Positions 10,789 through 21,680 are shown, numbered from the stretch's first letter. The stretch is DNA of 64,000 bases from an uncultured Chloroflexia bacterium (GCA_963810095.1 CAWEMM010000014.1:264099-328098); one strand, 5' to 3'. Made by a program: numbers and translations. The notes: a model not told the origin generated them from the sequence alone.

Positions 10789-11945
10789 TACCCGCTCACT
10801 GCCATGGAATGCAAGGGATAGGCGCCATAGGTGCGCCAGCCGTCAAAGAATGCAAGTATGTTCTCGAGCGGCACGTCGTCGCCGATGTTGTGTGATGGGG
10901 CCAGGATGTAGCCGCCGCCCGGACCGAGCTGCTCGATCCGCACGCGCACTTCCTCGCGCACCTCGTCGGGCCGGCCCGCGGGCAGCAGGTGCTGCGCGTC
11001 GACTCCACCCAGAAAACACAGGCGGTCGCCGTACTCGGCCTTGATGATGGCTGGATCCATTCCCTTTGCGGCCACCTGGATCGGGTTCAGGATGTCGACG
11101 CCGATCTCGACCAGGTCGGGGAGGAACCGGCGGATGGACCCACAGGTGTGATACATGACCCGAACGCGAGGCGAATGAGCCTTGATCGCCCGGATCAGGT
11201 CGGCGTGGGCGGGCTTGAGCAGCGCCCGGTAGGTTGCGGGCGAAATCAGGGGCCCGCCCTGGGTGCCCAAGTCGTCACCCATCTCGACCCATTCGACGAA
11301 ATCGCCGACCGCGTCGAGCTGCGCGAGATATAGCGCCTTCAGCCCCTCCTCCACCCGCCAGAACAGCGCCTCCGCGAACTCGGGCTGGAGCACCATATCG
11401 GTCAGCAGTTGCTCGGTCCCGCGCAGCACCTGGCAAAGTTCGAATAGCCCGTTGTACTTGGGCCGGTAGGCCGCGAGCGCATAGTCGGTCTCGCGGTAAA
11501 GCCGCTGGGCCTCCTCGCGCAGGCCCTCCCACCGGGCCGGGTCGCGCGCATCGGGGAGAGGAAGGTCCGCGAGGCTTTGGATCGTGGCGCCGGCAAGCGG
11601 ATGGTTCGTGTACTCGTACATCATGCCGTCGCCGTGCTCGCGGTAGATCAGCCCCCAGTCGTAGAACCAGCCCCCGCCGGGCGCCGGGTGCTGGCGGAAC
11701 CCGGTGGGCGGGCGCATGTACAGGAAGCGCACGTCTGTGCCCAGCGCATCGAGCACCCGGTTGTCAAGGCGCATCAACTGCGGCCCCACCAGCACAGCCG
11801 GTGTCTCGCCCCGGATGCTGAAATGCTGCTTGAGAAGCTCGATGCGTGACTCGGTGATCTTGCCGCCCGTCCCGCCCACGCAGACCGGGACCCGGTCCGG
11901 CTCTCGATGCTCCAGCGCGGCGCGTACACGCTCGCGCGATGTCAT
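10788..11945 (-). CDS. URO-D / MtaA-CmuA-like family protein
   Basis: Likely start MTSRERV at 11945; GDDLG, HTCG, GGVDAQ, GGGYILAPSHN. Confidence 0.9.
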   Translation of the reverse strand: MTSRERVRAALEHREPDRVPVCVGGTGGKITESRIELLKQHFSIRGETPAVLVGPQLMRLDNRVLDALGTDVRFLYMRPPTGFRQHPAPGGGWFYDWGLIYREHGDGMMYEYTNHPLAGATIQSLADLPLPDARDPARWEGLREEAQRLYRETDYALAAYRPKYNGLFELCQVLRGTEQLLTDMVLQPEFAEALFWRVEEGLKALYLAQLDAVGDFVEWVEMGDDLGTQGGPLISPATYRALLKPAHADLIRAIKAHSPRVRVMYHTCGSIRRFLPDLVEIGVDILNPIQVAAKGMDPAIIKAEYGDRLCFLGGVDAQHLLPAGRPDEVREEVRVRIEQLGPGGGYILAPSHNIGDDVPLENILAFFDGWRTYGAYPLHSMAVSG

Positions 11946-11967
11946 GGCGCACATAGCGCGCCGCCTC

Positions 11968-13241
11968 CTAGCGGCCCAGCAGAGAGAACAGCTTGTACAG
12001 CACCCAGATGCGCAGGTCGCCGCCCCCGTCCCAGCTGGTGACCTGGACGCCTGCCGCCGCCAGGTCCTTCGGGATGATGCCGTAGAGATTGGCCCAGAAG
12101 GTGTAGGGCTCTGCCATGGCGGTCGCGGCAAGCCCGTAGAGCACGACCAGGACCGAGCAGATGATCAGGTTGTGGATGATATTGCCCTTGGTCCAGCCGG
12201 TGATGTGGGCCATCCACCACTGGATGATTTGCACGCTGATGACGGGGAACAAGCCAATGCCGGGCACGAACACGGAGAGCAGAAACGCGATGGGGTACAT
12301 TAGCGTGGTCGACACGCCGACGCTCGGATGACCCAGCAGAACGCTGGTGTCGACCGCGACGTATATCTCGCGCTTGCCCTTGAAGAACTTGACCAGGAGT
12401 CTACGCATGCCCTCGTTGAAGACGGACCAGCCCTCGAACGTGACGCCGAGCGCCATCGGCCAGACGTGGAACATCATGCCCGAGACGATGCCCACGAGCA
12501 TGGCCCGCAGGATGTCAAACCCGGCGAGCAGGCCGAGGACAAGGCCGGTGATGAACCCGAGCACCAGCGGCTCGGCGAAGAAGCCCAGCCTCTCCTGGAC
12601 CTTGTCGCCCTGGATGTTCCAGCTCTTGAGCCCCGGAATGCGGGCGAGAATCCAGGCAAGGGGAACGGCGACGATGAAGGCATTCTGCGAGTTGGGGAAG
12701 CTGGCGGAAGATGAGAACTCGTGGAAGTCCTGGAGGCGCTTGGCGTTCCAGTCGGCCAGCAGCACGTCGCTGATCAGGAAGATGATCATGGCGACGGTGC
12801 CCCAGATGTAGCTCTTGGTCACGTACCACACGACCATGCCGGTCCAGACCCCGCGCCACATGCAGGGGAAATCGACGTACAGGGTCTTGGTGACGCGAAC
12901 CAGATCAGCCCGATGTTCACCCCGACGAAGATCAGGATATTGATCCAGATCATCGGGTTGACCAGCACCATGGCTGCGTTGGTCCAGCCGACGTCGACGA
13001 GGGTTAGCTTGCTGAAGGAGCCGCCCAGGCGCTGGGCCGCGCCCTGGACGGCGGGATTGAAGAAGGTGATTGCCAGGTAGCTGATCGCGATCATGGCAAG
13101 CGAGCCCATGGCTACCTTGATGCCGCCCTGGATGCCTTTCTTGACGGGTTGGCGAATGATGACGGACAAGAGGAAGACGACGATGGTGCTGGCTGCGATG
13201 GCGGGGATCGCCATGCCATTGTTGAGAAAGTCGAGGTTCAT
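11968..13241 (-). CDS. PTS galactitol-family IIC component (frameshift near 12890)
   Basis: Hydrophobic; DVGW motif, EPLVLG, DTSVLLGHP; joins ORFs 12819-13583 and 11968-12861. Confidence 0.82.
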
Positions 13242-13327
13242 ACAGCCCCTCCTGAGCCGCTTAGGGTGGATGAGTGGATCCCGACAGAAGCTGTAAATGG
13301 CGCGGTCAAGCATGCCGGCGCGGCGCC

Positions 13328-13404
13328 TCACACAAAGAACCGAAGAACTCAAAGTTTCGCAAAGGCGCTTTGTGAACCTTCGCTGTCCTCGGTCCTTTGT
13401 GTGA
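13328..13404. repeat. Palindromic element with 9-nt periodic arms
   Basis: TCACACAAAG...CTTTGTGTGA between the PTS IIB and IIC genes. Confidence 0.65.
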
Positions 13405-13446
13405 ACAATCTCCAGCCGGAATGCCACGTTGCGGCGGTGCGAGCGA

Positions 13447-13734
13447 CTAATTGGCCCGGACGAGCCGGACGACCTCGTCCAGCGCGTCGTCGCCGTCGAG
13501 GCCCATGACGAACTCCGAGCCGTCGATAATGGGGACGCCCAGGTTCTGGCGGATCTTGACGGTCGTAACGACGCACAGGGCATCCTGCGCGGCCGTCGCC
13601 AGCTCAGGCACCTTCGCGCAGACGACTTCCACGCCGGTGATCTTTTCTTTTTTGAGGCGTTCTCGCACCTTTTCGGCCACGAGCGGCGCCATCGAGGCAG
13701 CCAGACCGCAGGCAGTGACGATCTTCTTTGACAT
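13447..13734 (-). CDS. PTS IIB component (galactitol/lactose-type)
   Basis: MSKKIVTACGLAASM P-loop containing the phosphorylatable Cys. Confidence 0.85.
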   Translation of the reverse strand: MSKKIVTACGLAASMAPLVAEKVRERLKKEKITGVEVVCAKVPELATAAQDALCVVTTVKIRQNLGVPIIDGSEFVMGLDGDDALDEVVRLVRAN

Positions 13735-13747
13735 CGAATCCTCTCCT

Positions 13748-14233
13748 TTAAGGCATGGACTGGGCAAGCTCGGCGTTGACCTGGCTTGCGATCTGGGCAG
13801 CGTCAGTGGAAGCGTAGAGACGGCGCAGTGCCGCCTCCTCCCGGTAGACCGAAACGAGCGAGCGCAGCAGGTAGACCTGCGCCTCGGGCTCGGTTACCGA
13901 CAACATAAACACGATTGAAACGTCGAGTTGGCTCTCGGGATCGCCGAGCTGCCCAAACAGTACCGGATGGGCGAGGGTGGCGATCCCAATTCCCGGCTTG
14001 AGCGTATGCTCAATGTCCGCATGGGGGATTGCGGTGCCCAAACCGGGCGTGGGGAGCCCGGTAGGCGACGTCTGCTCGCGCACGATGGCTGCCGTGATGA
14101 AGCTCGGCAGGACGTAGCCATGCTCGACCATCACGCGGCCCAGTCGCTCGATGACCTCGTCGGGGGTTGCCGCTTGCAGGCGGACGATGACGAGCTCCTC
14201 GGGCACCCGGAACGGCGCTTTTGCGGCAGCCAT
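13748..14233 (-). CDS. PTS IIA component (galactitol/fructose-mannitol fold)
   Basis: RE..PTGL, AIPHAD motif. Confidence 0.9.
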   Translation of the reverse strand: MAAAKAPFRVPEELVIVRLQAATPDEVIERLGRVMVEHGYVLPSFITAAIVREQTSPTGLPTPGLGTAIPHADIEHTLKPGIGIATLAHPVLFGQLGDPESQLDVSIVFMLSVTEPEAQVYLLRSLVSVYREEAALRRLYASTDAAQIASQVNAELAQSMP

Positions 14234-14236
14234 CGC

Positions 14237-15361
14237 TCAGCGTGCCTCCATGTTCGCCGTTGCCACCAGCTTCGACGTGGCCGCGTCGAAGACATACATG
14301 CGGCAGTGTTCGAAGGTCAGCCACAACGGCAGGCCGACCGGCGCGCTGGACAAGCAATCGGAGATCAACTCGACCAGGTGCTCGCCAAACTGCGCCGTGA
14401 CGATGGGCGTATGGCCCGAGTGCTCGACCGCATAGACGCTTGCGGGGATCGAATGCGGCGCCTCGTTGAGATCGCAGGCGACGTCTGGCGGGCGGACGCC
14501 GATGAGAACTTCCTGGCCCACGCCGCTGTCGACGAGCGCATCCTTCGTGCAGTCGTCGAGCGGAATGAGGTGGCCGGCCAGGTCGAACGCCATGTGGCCG
14601 TCTGTGGAGACAAGGCGGGCCGGCAAAACGTTCATCGTCTGGTCGCCGCCGAAGCGCGCCACGTCAACGGACACCGGGCGCTCGTACAGGTCGCGGGGCG
14701 ACCCGATTTGCTGCACCTTGCCGGCGAAGATGACGACGATCCGGTCGGCCATCGCCATCGCCTCGGTCTGCGCGGGGGTGGCGTAGATGGTCGTCGTGCC
14801 CCGGTCGTGCTGGATGCGCTTGAGCTCCGCGTACATGCGGTGGCGCAGCTTGGCGTCGAGGTGCGCGATCGGCTCGTCGAGCAGGGTGACGGCGGGCTCG
14901 CGGATCAGGCAGCGCCCCAGCGCCACGCGCTGCCGCTGTCCACCGCTCAGCTCGCGGGGCGTGCGCTTCAGCAGCATGTCGATCTGGAGCACCTGGCTGA
15001 TTTCCTTCACCCGGCGCTCGATATCTTCCTTGCTGTACTGCCCGCGGCGGCTGGGCACGTTGAGCGGGAACGCCATGTTTTCAAAGACGGACATGTGCGG
15101 ATAGAGCGCGTAGTTCTCGAACGCCATGGACACATTGCGCTCGGCCGTGTCCACGTCGTTCATCGGGCGATCGTCGAAGCAGATCGTGCCGCCGTCGAGC
15201 GGTTCCAGCCCGGCTATCAGCTTGAGCGTGGTCGTCTTACCCGCACCGGCCGGCCCAAAAATCACGAGGAACTCGCCCTGGTTGGCCGTGATGCTCATGT
15301 CGGAGACCGCGGCGACCTTGCCGTAACGTTTTGTAACGCCATCGAGCGTGATTACAGCCAT
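14237..15361 (-). CDS. Carbohydrate ABC importer ATP-binding subunit (MalK-like)
   Basis: Start MAVITLDG; [25 protein letters not shown]-like tail. Confidence 0.92.
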   Translation of the reverse strand: MAVITLDGVTKRYGKVAAVSDMSITANQGEFLVIFGPAGAGKTTTLKLIAGLEPLDGGTICFDDRPMNDVDTAERNVSMAFENYALYPHMSVFENMAFPLNVPSRRGQYSKEDIERRVKEISQVLQIDMLLKRTPRELSGGQRQRVALGRCLIREPAVTLLDEPIAHLDAKLRHRMYAELKRIQHDRGTTTIYATPAQTEAMAMADRIVVIFAGKVQQIGSPRDLYERPVSVDVARFGGDQTMNVLPARLVSTDGHMAFDLAGHLIPLDDCTKDALVDSGVGQEVLIGVRPPDVACDLNEAPHSIPASVYAVEHSGHTPIVTAQFGEHLVELISDCLSSAPVGLPLWLTFEHCRMYVFDAATSKLVATANMEAR

Positions 15362-16490
15362 GTCTGTGCTCCTCCGCCGTCGCCTGATCGCGGCGCACTG
15401 ACGAGGTTTTGGCCGGTCTGTGCGTCGAAAAAGTGCAGGTGGTTGCCGAACTCCAGGAAGATAGGCTGCTTGGTAGCCGGGAAGAAGTCGGAGCCCGAGA
15501 CTGCGAGCAGAACTTCGGAGCCCACCCGGGCCGTCACCACATTGTAATCTCCGTGCGGCTCGAGCCCGTACACTTCGGCCGCCACGCCTGCGCCGCCCGG
15601 CGCCCCCCGCGGGTTGACGTGCAGCGGCCGGACGCCCAGCGTCAGGTCCGTCTTGTTCGCCCGGTCGAGCGCGGCCACTGTCGCCGGGTTCTGAACCGGC
15701 AGGCAGAGTCCATTCGACTGGAACAACAGTTGGTCCTGCTCGCGGCGCACCTGGCCCTTGACGATGTTCATCGGCGGCTCGCCGATGAAGCCGGCGACGA
15801 AGAGGTTGGACGGGTGGTCGAACAGCTCTGCGGGCGTGCCCGCCTGCATGACGACGCCGAGGTCCATGACGACGATGCGGTCGGCCATCGCCATGGCCTC
15901 GATCTGGTCGTGGGTCACATAGAGCATCGTGGTGCCCAGGCTGCTCTGGAGGTGCTTGATCTCCTTGCGCATGCGGCGGCGGAGCGTCTCGTCCAGGTGC
16001 GAGATGGGCTCGTCGAACAGGAACACGGCCGGCTCGCGCACGATGGCCCGCGCGAATCGAAACGCGTTGCTTCTGCCCGTCGCCCAACTCCGAGGGGTAG
16101 CGGTCGAGGATGCCTTGCAGGTCGACGACCTCGGACGCGTGCGCCACCCGCTGCTTGATCTGCTCATCCTTGATTTCGCGGACGCGCAGGGGGAAGGCGA
16201 TGTTGTCGAAGACGGTCAGGTGGGGGTAGAGGCCATAGGACTCGTAGACCATGGCGATATCGCGCTCGGCGGGGCTTGAGGTCGTTGACCACCCGGTCGC
16301 CGATGGTGATCTCGCCGGCCGTGATGTCCTCGAGCCCGGCGACCATGCGGAGGGAGGTCGTCTTGCCGCAGCCGGAAGGCCCGAGCAGCGCCAGGAACTC
16401 GTGATCCTTGACCACGAGGTTAAGGTCGCGGACGGCGATGACCTTCTTGTTGTAGATCTTCCAGATCTTGGAAAAGTTGATGGATGCCAC
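15352..16490 (-). CDS. Second MalK-like ABC ATP-binding subunit (two frameshifts)
   Basis: GPSGCGKT in 16164-16490; FLFDEPISHLD in 15352-16167. Confidence 0.88.
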
Positions 16491-16506
16491 TGCCGCTCTC
16501 CTCCCG

Positions 16507-17436
16507 CTAACCCTTCACCGCACCCAGCGTCAGGCCGCGGACAAGATACTTCTGGATGGCGATCGCCAGGATCAGGACCGGCACCACCGTGAGCAGGACG
16601 GCGCCCGACATGGGCCCCCACATCATGCCCGTGAATGTCCGGTATAACGTCAGGCGCACGACGGCTGTCTGGTGCTCGCCGCTCGTCAGCAGGGAACTGA
16701 AGAGGTAGTTGTTCCAGCTGAAGATGAAGCACAAGAATCCGGTAGCGACCAGGCCCGGGCGGACGAGGGGCAGGATGATGCGCCAGAACGTCCAGGTGCC
16801 CGACGCCCCGTCGACCTTCGCCGACTGCTCGATCTCGACCGGGATGTCTTTGAAGAACCCGAGCATGATCAGGACGACCAGCGGCAACGTGATGAGCTGG
16901 AGCACCAGCCACATGCCCCAATAGGTGTTGTAGAGGTGGATCTTGTTGTACAACACGAACAGGGGAATGATGATCAGCAGGGGCGGCATGAAGTACAGGC
17001 TGAGATAGAAGAAATGGATGTCGCCCTTCTGCTTGAAGTTGTACCGGGCCAACACGTAGGCCACCGGCGTGCCCAGCAGCAGCGCGATAAACACTGCCGG
17101 GATGGTAACCAACAGGCTGTTGGTGATGGCCTGGATGAAGTCGACGCCCGTGAGGGAGGCCGGCCCGGCAAAGACTTCCTTCCAGTTGTCCATGGTCGTG
17201 AGGAAGCCAAACAGCTTGGGCGTCTTAGTGTAGATCTCGCTCTCAGCCTTGAACGCCAGCGTGAAGGTCCAGTAGATCGGCAGGAGCGAGAAGAGGCTGT
17301 AGGCGATCAAGGCGACATAGGTGAGGACCTTGCCGATGACCGCCGAGGCGCTGAACGCCGTCTTGTGGATCTGGAGCCCGGCAAGTTCCGCCTGGGACAA
17401 CCCTTCGATATTACCGAGTCCTTCGATAACAGCCAT
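16507..17436 (-). CDS. Carbohydrate ABC permease (MalG-like)
   Basis: EAA motif EIEQSAKVDGA; TM helices. Confidence 0.93.
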   Translation of the reverse strand: MAVIEGLGNIEGLSQAELAGLQIHKTAFSASAVIGKVLTYVALIAYSLFSLLPIYWTFTLAFKAESEIYTKTPKLFGFLTTMDNWKEVFAGPASLTGVDFIQAITNSLLVTIPAVFIALLLGTPVAYVLARYNFKQKGDIHFFYLSLYFMPPLLIIIPLFVLYNKIHLYNTYWGMWLVLQLITLPLVVLIMLGFFKDIPVEIEQSAKVDGASGTWTFWRIILPLVRPGLVATGFLCFIFSWNNYLFSSLLTSGEHQTAVVRLTLYRTFTGMMWGPMSGAVLLTVVPVLILAIAIQKYLVRGLTLGAVKG

Positions 17437-17446
17437 GTCGAACTCC

Positions 17447-18325
17447 TTACGCCCAGCTTCGCGAGACGCGGTTGAACAGCTTCTTCGAAATGATCAAGAC
17501 CACGAAGAAGAGGAACACGCAGTAGGCGCCGGCCTGGCCGAGCAGCATGTTGCGGTAACCCGTGATCGAGGCTTGCAAGCTGAGCGTCGTCGTTACATCA
17601 CCCGGTCCACCGCGGGTCGCCACCTGGATCACCTCATATCCGTTGAGGGCCAGCACCAGGCGGAACAGCAGCACGAGGAAGATGGTGGGCATGAGCTGGG
17701 GCAGCGTGACCATGCGGAAGGTTTTCCAGCTGCTCGCACCGTCGACCTCGGCCACCTCGTACTGGAGGCGCGGGATGGATTGCAGGCCGGCGAGCAGGAT
17801 CAGCGCCACGAACGGGGTGAAGTGGTAAACGTCGATGGCGACTACCGAATAGAGCGCGATGCCTGAGTCGGAGAGCCATGCAGGCGCGTTAATGCCGATG
17901 CCGCGCAAGGCGTAGTTGACCCAACCGAGGCTGGGGTCGAGCAGCGATTGCCACATGAGCGCGCCGGTTGCGGGCGGCAGCATCAGCGGCAGGAGGATCA
18001 GAATCCGGAACAGCCAGCGCCCCCTGATCGGCTTGTTCATGAGGAGCGCAAGGCCAAACCCGAGCAACATCTCGATGCCCACCGCGAGGACGACGTATTG
18101 CAGGCTGACCCAGGCGGCGTGCCAGAAGACCCTGCTCGTGAACATCTTGATGTAGTTGTCAAACCAGATGAATTTGGAGGCGGATCCATTGAGGAGGGTG
18201 TTCGTCAGGCTGGTGTAAAAGGCGTAAAGAATGGGGTAGATGGCGATGAACATCACCAGGATAATGCTGGGCAGGGCCAGGAGCACCGGGGCCCGCGCCT
18301 TCATGCGCTTCATTGAGATACTCAT
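17447..18325 (-). CDS. Carbohydrate ABC permease (MalF-like)
   Basis: YEVAEVDGAS EAA motif, TRGGPG. Confidence 0.93.
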   Translation of the reverse strand: MSISMKRMKARAPVLLALPSIILVMFIAIYPILYAFYTSLTNTLLNGSASKFIWFDNYIKMFTSRVFWHAAWVSLQYVVLAVGIEMLLGFGLALLMNKPIRGRWLFRILILLPLMLPPATGALMWQSLLDPSLGWVNYALRGIGINAPAWLSDSGIALYSVVAIDVYHFTPFVALILLAGLQSIPRLQYEVAEVDGASSWKTFRMVTLPQLMPTIFLVLLFRLVLALNGYEVIQVATRGGPGDVTTTLSLQASITGYRNMLLGQAGAYCVFLFFVVLIISKKLFNRVSRSWA

Positions 18326-18485
18326 GCTCGCTCTCCATCGTACGGGCGACTGTGCCAGCGCCGCTGGCCGAGACTGGACTATTCCACCCCCTGGTCCCAC
18401 GATTCGATCACACCGCGCCGGCGGCGGCCTGGTTCTGCCCACCGGGCAGCCGCCAGCGCAGCATGATAGAGACAGGAGGAGCCTG

Positions 18486-20009
18486 TTACTTGTTCTTCTG
18501 TGCGGCTAGCTTCTCGTAGAAGCCGGCGTCCTTCAGGATTTTCTCGGACTCGACCACGGCGGCGTCAAGCGCCTCTTTCGCGGTCTTGTCGCCCTGGACG
18601 ACCTGCTGGATGGCGACGACCCACGGCCCGGTCATGGCGACCATCTGCGGGCTGACCGTGTAGAAGTTGCCCCAGTACTGGCGGGATTTGTCCACGGCGT
18701 CGCGGTAGTTGCCCCAGTCCTTCGTGATGTTCATGATGCCTTCGCCTTCCCAGGTGGACTTGCGCACCGGGATCATGGCGTGCTGGCATGCGCTCACGAC
18801 CTTCATGACTGGCTTGCTGGTGGCCCACTGCAGGAACAGCCAGGCCGCGTCCGGGTGGACGGCCTTCTTGTTGACCGACCAGGCCCAGTACCACACGGGG
18901 ATGCGGACGTCGCCGGTGGGGCCGGCAGGGGGGTTACCGTAGATCATCTTGCCCGCGACCTTCGACTTCGCGGGATTCTCGTAGGTGTCTGCGAAGGCCA
19001 TGTCGTCGATGGTGCAGCCCACCTGGCCCGAAGCCATGTTGGCCACGACCATGTCCCAGCCGATCTGGGTCTGGCCGGGAGGTCCGAACTTGCGCAGGGT
19101 GTCGCCGTAGAGCTGCGTGTATTTCACGCAATCCGGGCAGTTGTAGACCGGTTTGCCGTTCTCGTCGAGGTCGGTCTTCGAGTTGGCGAAGAAGCCGGGG
19201 GCATAACCGTACATCAGGCTGTAGTCGCGCGCGCCGCGCTGCACCACGCCGTACTCACCGTTAGCCGTCATCTTCTCAGCCGCGGCGGCCCACTCGTCCC
19301 AGGTCTTGGGCGGCCCGCTCAGGCCGGCCTTGGCGAGCTTGTCCTTGTTGCAGATCAGCATGAGCGGTTCGGAGTTGACCGGGATCGCGTTCTGCTGGCC
19401 CTTGCCATAGGTGCCAATGCCATACTGGCCGTTCCAGGCGTGGGCATCCCAGTCGGCAGGGAAGAAATCCTTGACGTCGTACCATGCAAGGTCGGTGAGC
19501 TTGGGATCGTTGAGGAACTTGTTGAGGTCCTCGGTCCAGCCGGCTTCCGAATAGGCCCATTCGAACTCGGTGCCGTTCTGGATCAAGTCATAGAAGCCGG
19601 TGCCGCCCTGGAGGTCGGCCGCCGTCTTGGTCCAGAACTCTTCCACGGGCAGGATGTCGTAGACGACGTTGATGCCCGTCAGCTCGGTGAACATCGGGAC
19701 GTAGGGCCGCAAGGCGTTGATGTAGGGGTGCGACAGCGCGGCAACGTGGATGGTGATGGGGCCCCCGTTCGCTGTGACGGGCGCTTTCCAGTCGATCTTG
19801 GCGTTAGTGAAGTCTTCCATCTTGAGGTCGCCGCACGCGTTGGCGGCTGCTGCGGCTGCAGGCGCCGCGGTCGCGGCCGGGGCGGCCGCTTCCTGTTTGG
19901 CAGGAGCTTGAGTGGCGGCAGGGGCTGGTGCTGGCGCCGGTTGGGCACAGGCGCTGAGTATGAGCACCAGCGTTAGAAGCACAAAGAACGTTCGCTTCGC
20001 CGGGAACAT
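18486..20009 (-). CDS. Sugar ABC substrate-binding lipoprotein
   Basis: Lipobox LSAC, Ala/Pro linker, SBP_bac_1-like body (PPKTWDE). Confidence 0.92.
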   Translation of the reverse strand: MFPAKRTFFVLLTLVLILSACAQPAPAPAPAATQAPAKQEAAAPAATAAPAAAAAANACGDLKMEDFTNAKIDWKAPVTANGGPITIHVAALSHPYINALRPYVPMFTELTGINVVYDILPVEEFWTKTAADLQGGTGFYDLIQNGTEFEWAYSEAGWTEDLNKFLNDPKLTDLAWYDVKDFFPADWDAHAWNGQYGIGTYGKGQQNAIPVNSEPLMLICNKDKLAKAGLSGPPKTWDEWAAAAEKMTANGEYGVVQRGARDYSLMYGYAPGFFANSKTDLDENGKPVYNCPDCVKYTQLYGDTLRKFGPPGQTQIGWDMVVANMASGQVGCTIDDMAFADTYENPAKSKVAGKMIYGNPPAGPTGDVRIPVWYWAWSVNKKAVHPDAAWLFLQWATSKPVMKVVSACQHAMIPVRKSTWEGEGIMNITKDWGNYRDAVDKSRQYWGNFYTVSPQMVAMTGPWVVAIQQVVQGDKTAKEALDAAVVESEKILKDAGFYEKLAAQKNK

Positions 20010-20235
20010 GGCACTCTCCTTGGCTGTTAGTGGGAATTCGACGTTGGATTCTGCGGCGCGACGTGGCCGGAACTATGCAGTTCCTTCTCCTCCCAATTTA
20101 CCTCCTTCTGCGAGGGCGGCTCGCACTCTGGGGCTGGACCCCACAGGCACAATCGGGTTGTTTAGAAGATGAACACGTGAAATCCGGTACAGGTTGGAGG
20201 CGCAACCACTCAGCGACACGGGGGTCAGCCAAAAA

Positions 20236-20260
20236 CAAATGCTCTATATTCGATCAGATG
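20236..20260. promoter_or_regulatory. Putative operator CAAATG-N13-CAGATG (copy 1)
   Basis: Just downstream of the leftward promoter; same motif and spacing as the copy at 20513-20537. Confidence 0.6.
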
Positions 20261-20267
20261 TTTGCCG

Positions 20268-20296
20268 AGTATAGCACGGCCGAAAGGGTTTGTCAA
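20268..20296 (-). promoter_or_regulatory. sigma70-type promoter of the leftward sugar operon
   Basis: TTGACA-N17-TATACT on the minus strand. Confidence 0.8.
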
Positions 20297-20465
20297 CAGG
20301 CAATTTTTGCGGCGTTGCAATACAAGATTTCGCTTAGCGACGCTCGCCGCAGGCAGGAGACGGCAATTATGTCGGCACCACTGCTTGCGAGCCGAGGGTC
20401 CGGAGTCGTACAATTGCGTAGGTCGCCCACGCTCACGCCAGCGTCCCCTCCGCAGAAACAGCCCA

Positions 20466-20494
20466 TTGACAGGCAGGAGGCGAGGTGATACACT
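20466..20494 (+). promoter_or_regulatory. sigma70-type promoter of the rightward URO-D gene
   Basis: TTGACA-N17-TACACT. Confidence 0.78.
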
Positions 20495-20512
20495 CCGCAT
20501 TGTATACGTGAG

Positions 20513-20537
20513 CAAATGTACGAGGATCAAACAGATG
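20513..20537. promoter_or_regulatory. Putative operator CAAATG-N13-CAGATG (copy 2)
   Basis: Downstream of the rightward promoter, overlapping the start codon. Confidence 0.6.
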
Positions 20538-21653
20538 TTACCACGCGACCGGGTGTGCGCAGCCCTGGAGCACCGTGAGCCGGACCGCGTGCCGCTGAGC
20601 CTCGGCGGCACCGCGCACAAGCTGTCCGACTCGCGGCATGACCTCCTTAAAGAGCATTTCGGCATTACGGGCGACTCGCCGCAGCGCCTCACCGGCGCCT
20701 ACCTGAGCTACGCCGACAACCGGCTGCTCGACGCACTGGGCACGGACATCCGCCAGGTCCACCTGCGGCCGCCCCAGGGTTACCGCGAGAACATGAGGCC
20801 CGATGGTAGTTGGGTGGACGAGTGGGGCCTCACCCACCGCGTGCTGCCGAGCGGGTTCTACGAATTGGGCGGCACGCCGCTGGCAGAGGCCGGCCGCGAC
20901 GACCTGGATCGCTACCCCTGGCCCGACCCGTGCGATCCGGCCCGCCTTATCGGGCTGCGCGAAGAAGTTGAGACGTTGGCGCACGAGAGCCCCTATGCCA
21001 TCGCCGCCTACCGGCCCACCATTTCTGGTATTTTCGAGATGGCGCAGCAGCTGCGGGGCATGGAAAGACTCCTCACCGACCTCGTGCTCGACCGGGGCTT
21101 TGTGGACGGCCTGTTTGCGAAGCTCGCAGAGGTCCAGGCGGAATTCTACCGCGCATATCTCGGGGTGGTGGGGCCCTACGTGCAGATCGTCGAGCTGGCC
21201 GACGACCTGGGCAGCCAGAGCGGCCCCCTCATCGCCCCCCGCCTGTACCGGGCGCTGCTGCAGGATAAGCACGCCTACCTCGTGCGGACGATCAAGCGGA
21301 TCGCACCGCAGGCGAAGGTGATGCTCCACAGCTGCGGCTCGGTGCGGGCGTTCATTCCCGACTTCATTGCTGCCGGGATCGATATCCTGAACCCCGTCCA
21401 GCCGCGGGCCAAAGGCATGGATCCGGCCCTGTTGAAAGCAGAGTTCGGCCGCGAGATCGCGTTCCTCGGCGGCGTCGACGTCCAGCAGACCATGCGTGGC
21501 CCTGTCGAGGGGGTGCGCGACGAGGTGCGCCGGCGCATCGAGGAATTGGGGCCGGACGGGGGGTTTATCCTCGCGCCTTCACATAACTTCGGGGACGATG
21601 TGCCGCTCGAAAATATCCTGGCGTTTTTCGAGGCCGCGCATCAGTACGGGTAA
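20535..21653 (+). CDS. URO-D / MtaA-CmuA-like family protein
   Basis: MLPRDRV..EPDRVP, DEWG, ADDLG, HSCG, GGVDVQ; close paralogue of 10788-11945. Confidence 0.9.
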   Translation: MLPRDRVCAALEHREPDRVPLSLGGTAHKLSDSRHDLLKEHFGITGDSPQRLTGAYLSYADNRLLDALGTDIRQVHLRPPQGYRENMRPDGSWVDEWGLTHRVLPSGFYELGGTPLAEAGRDDLDRYPWPDPCDPARLIGLREEVETLAHESPYAIAAYRPTISGIFEMAQQLRGMERLLTDLVLDRGFVDGLFAKLAEVQAEFYRAYLGVVGPYVQIVELADDLGSQSGPLIAPRLYRALLQDKHAYLVRTIKRIAPQAKVMLHSCGSVRAFIPDFIAAGIDILNPVQPRAKGMDPALLKAEFGREIAFLGGVDVQQTMRGPVEGVRDEVRRRIEELGPDGGFILAPSHNFGDDVPLENILAFFEAAHQYG

Positions 21654-21680
21654 GGGCCTGTCGGTCTGCCGCCGGCGCGG

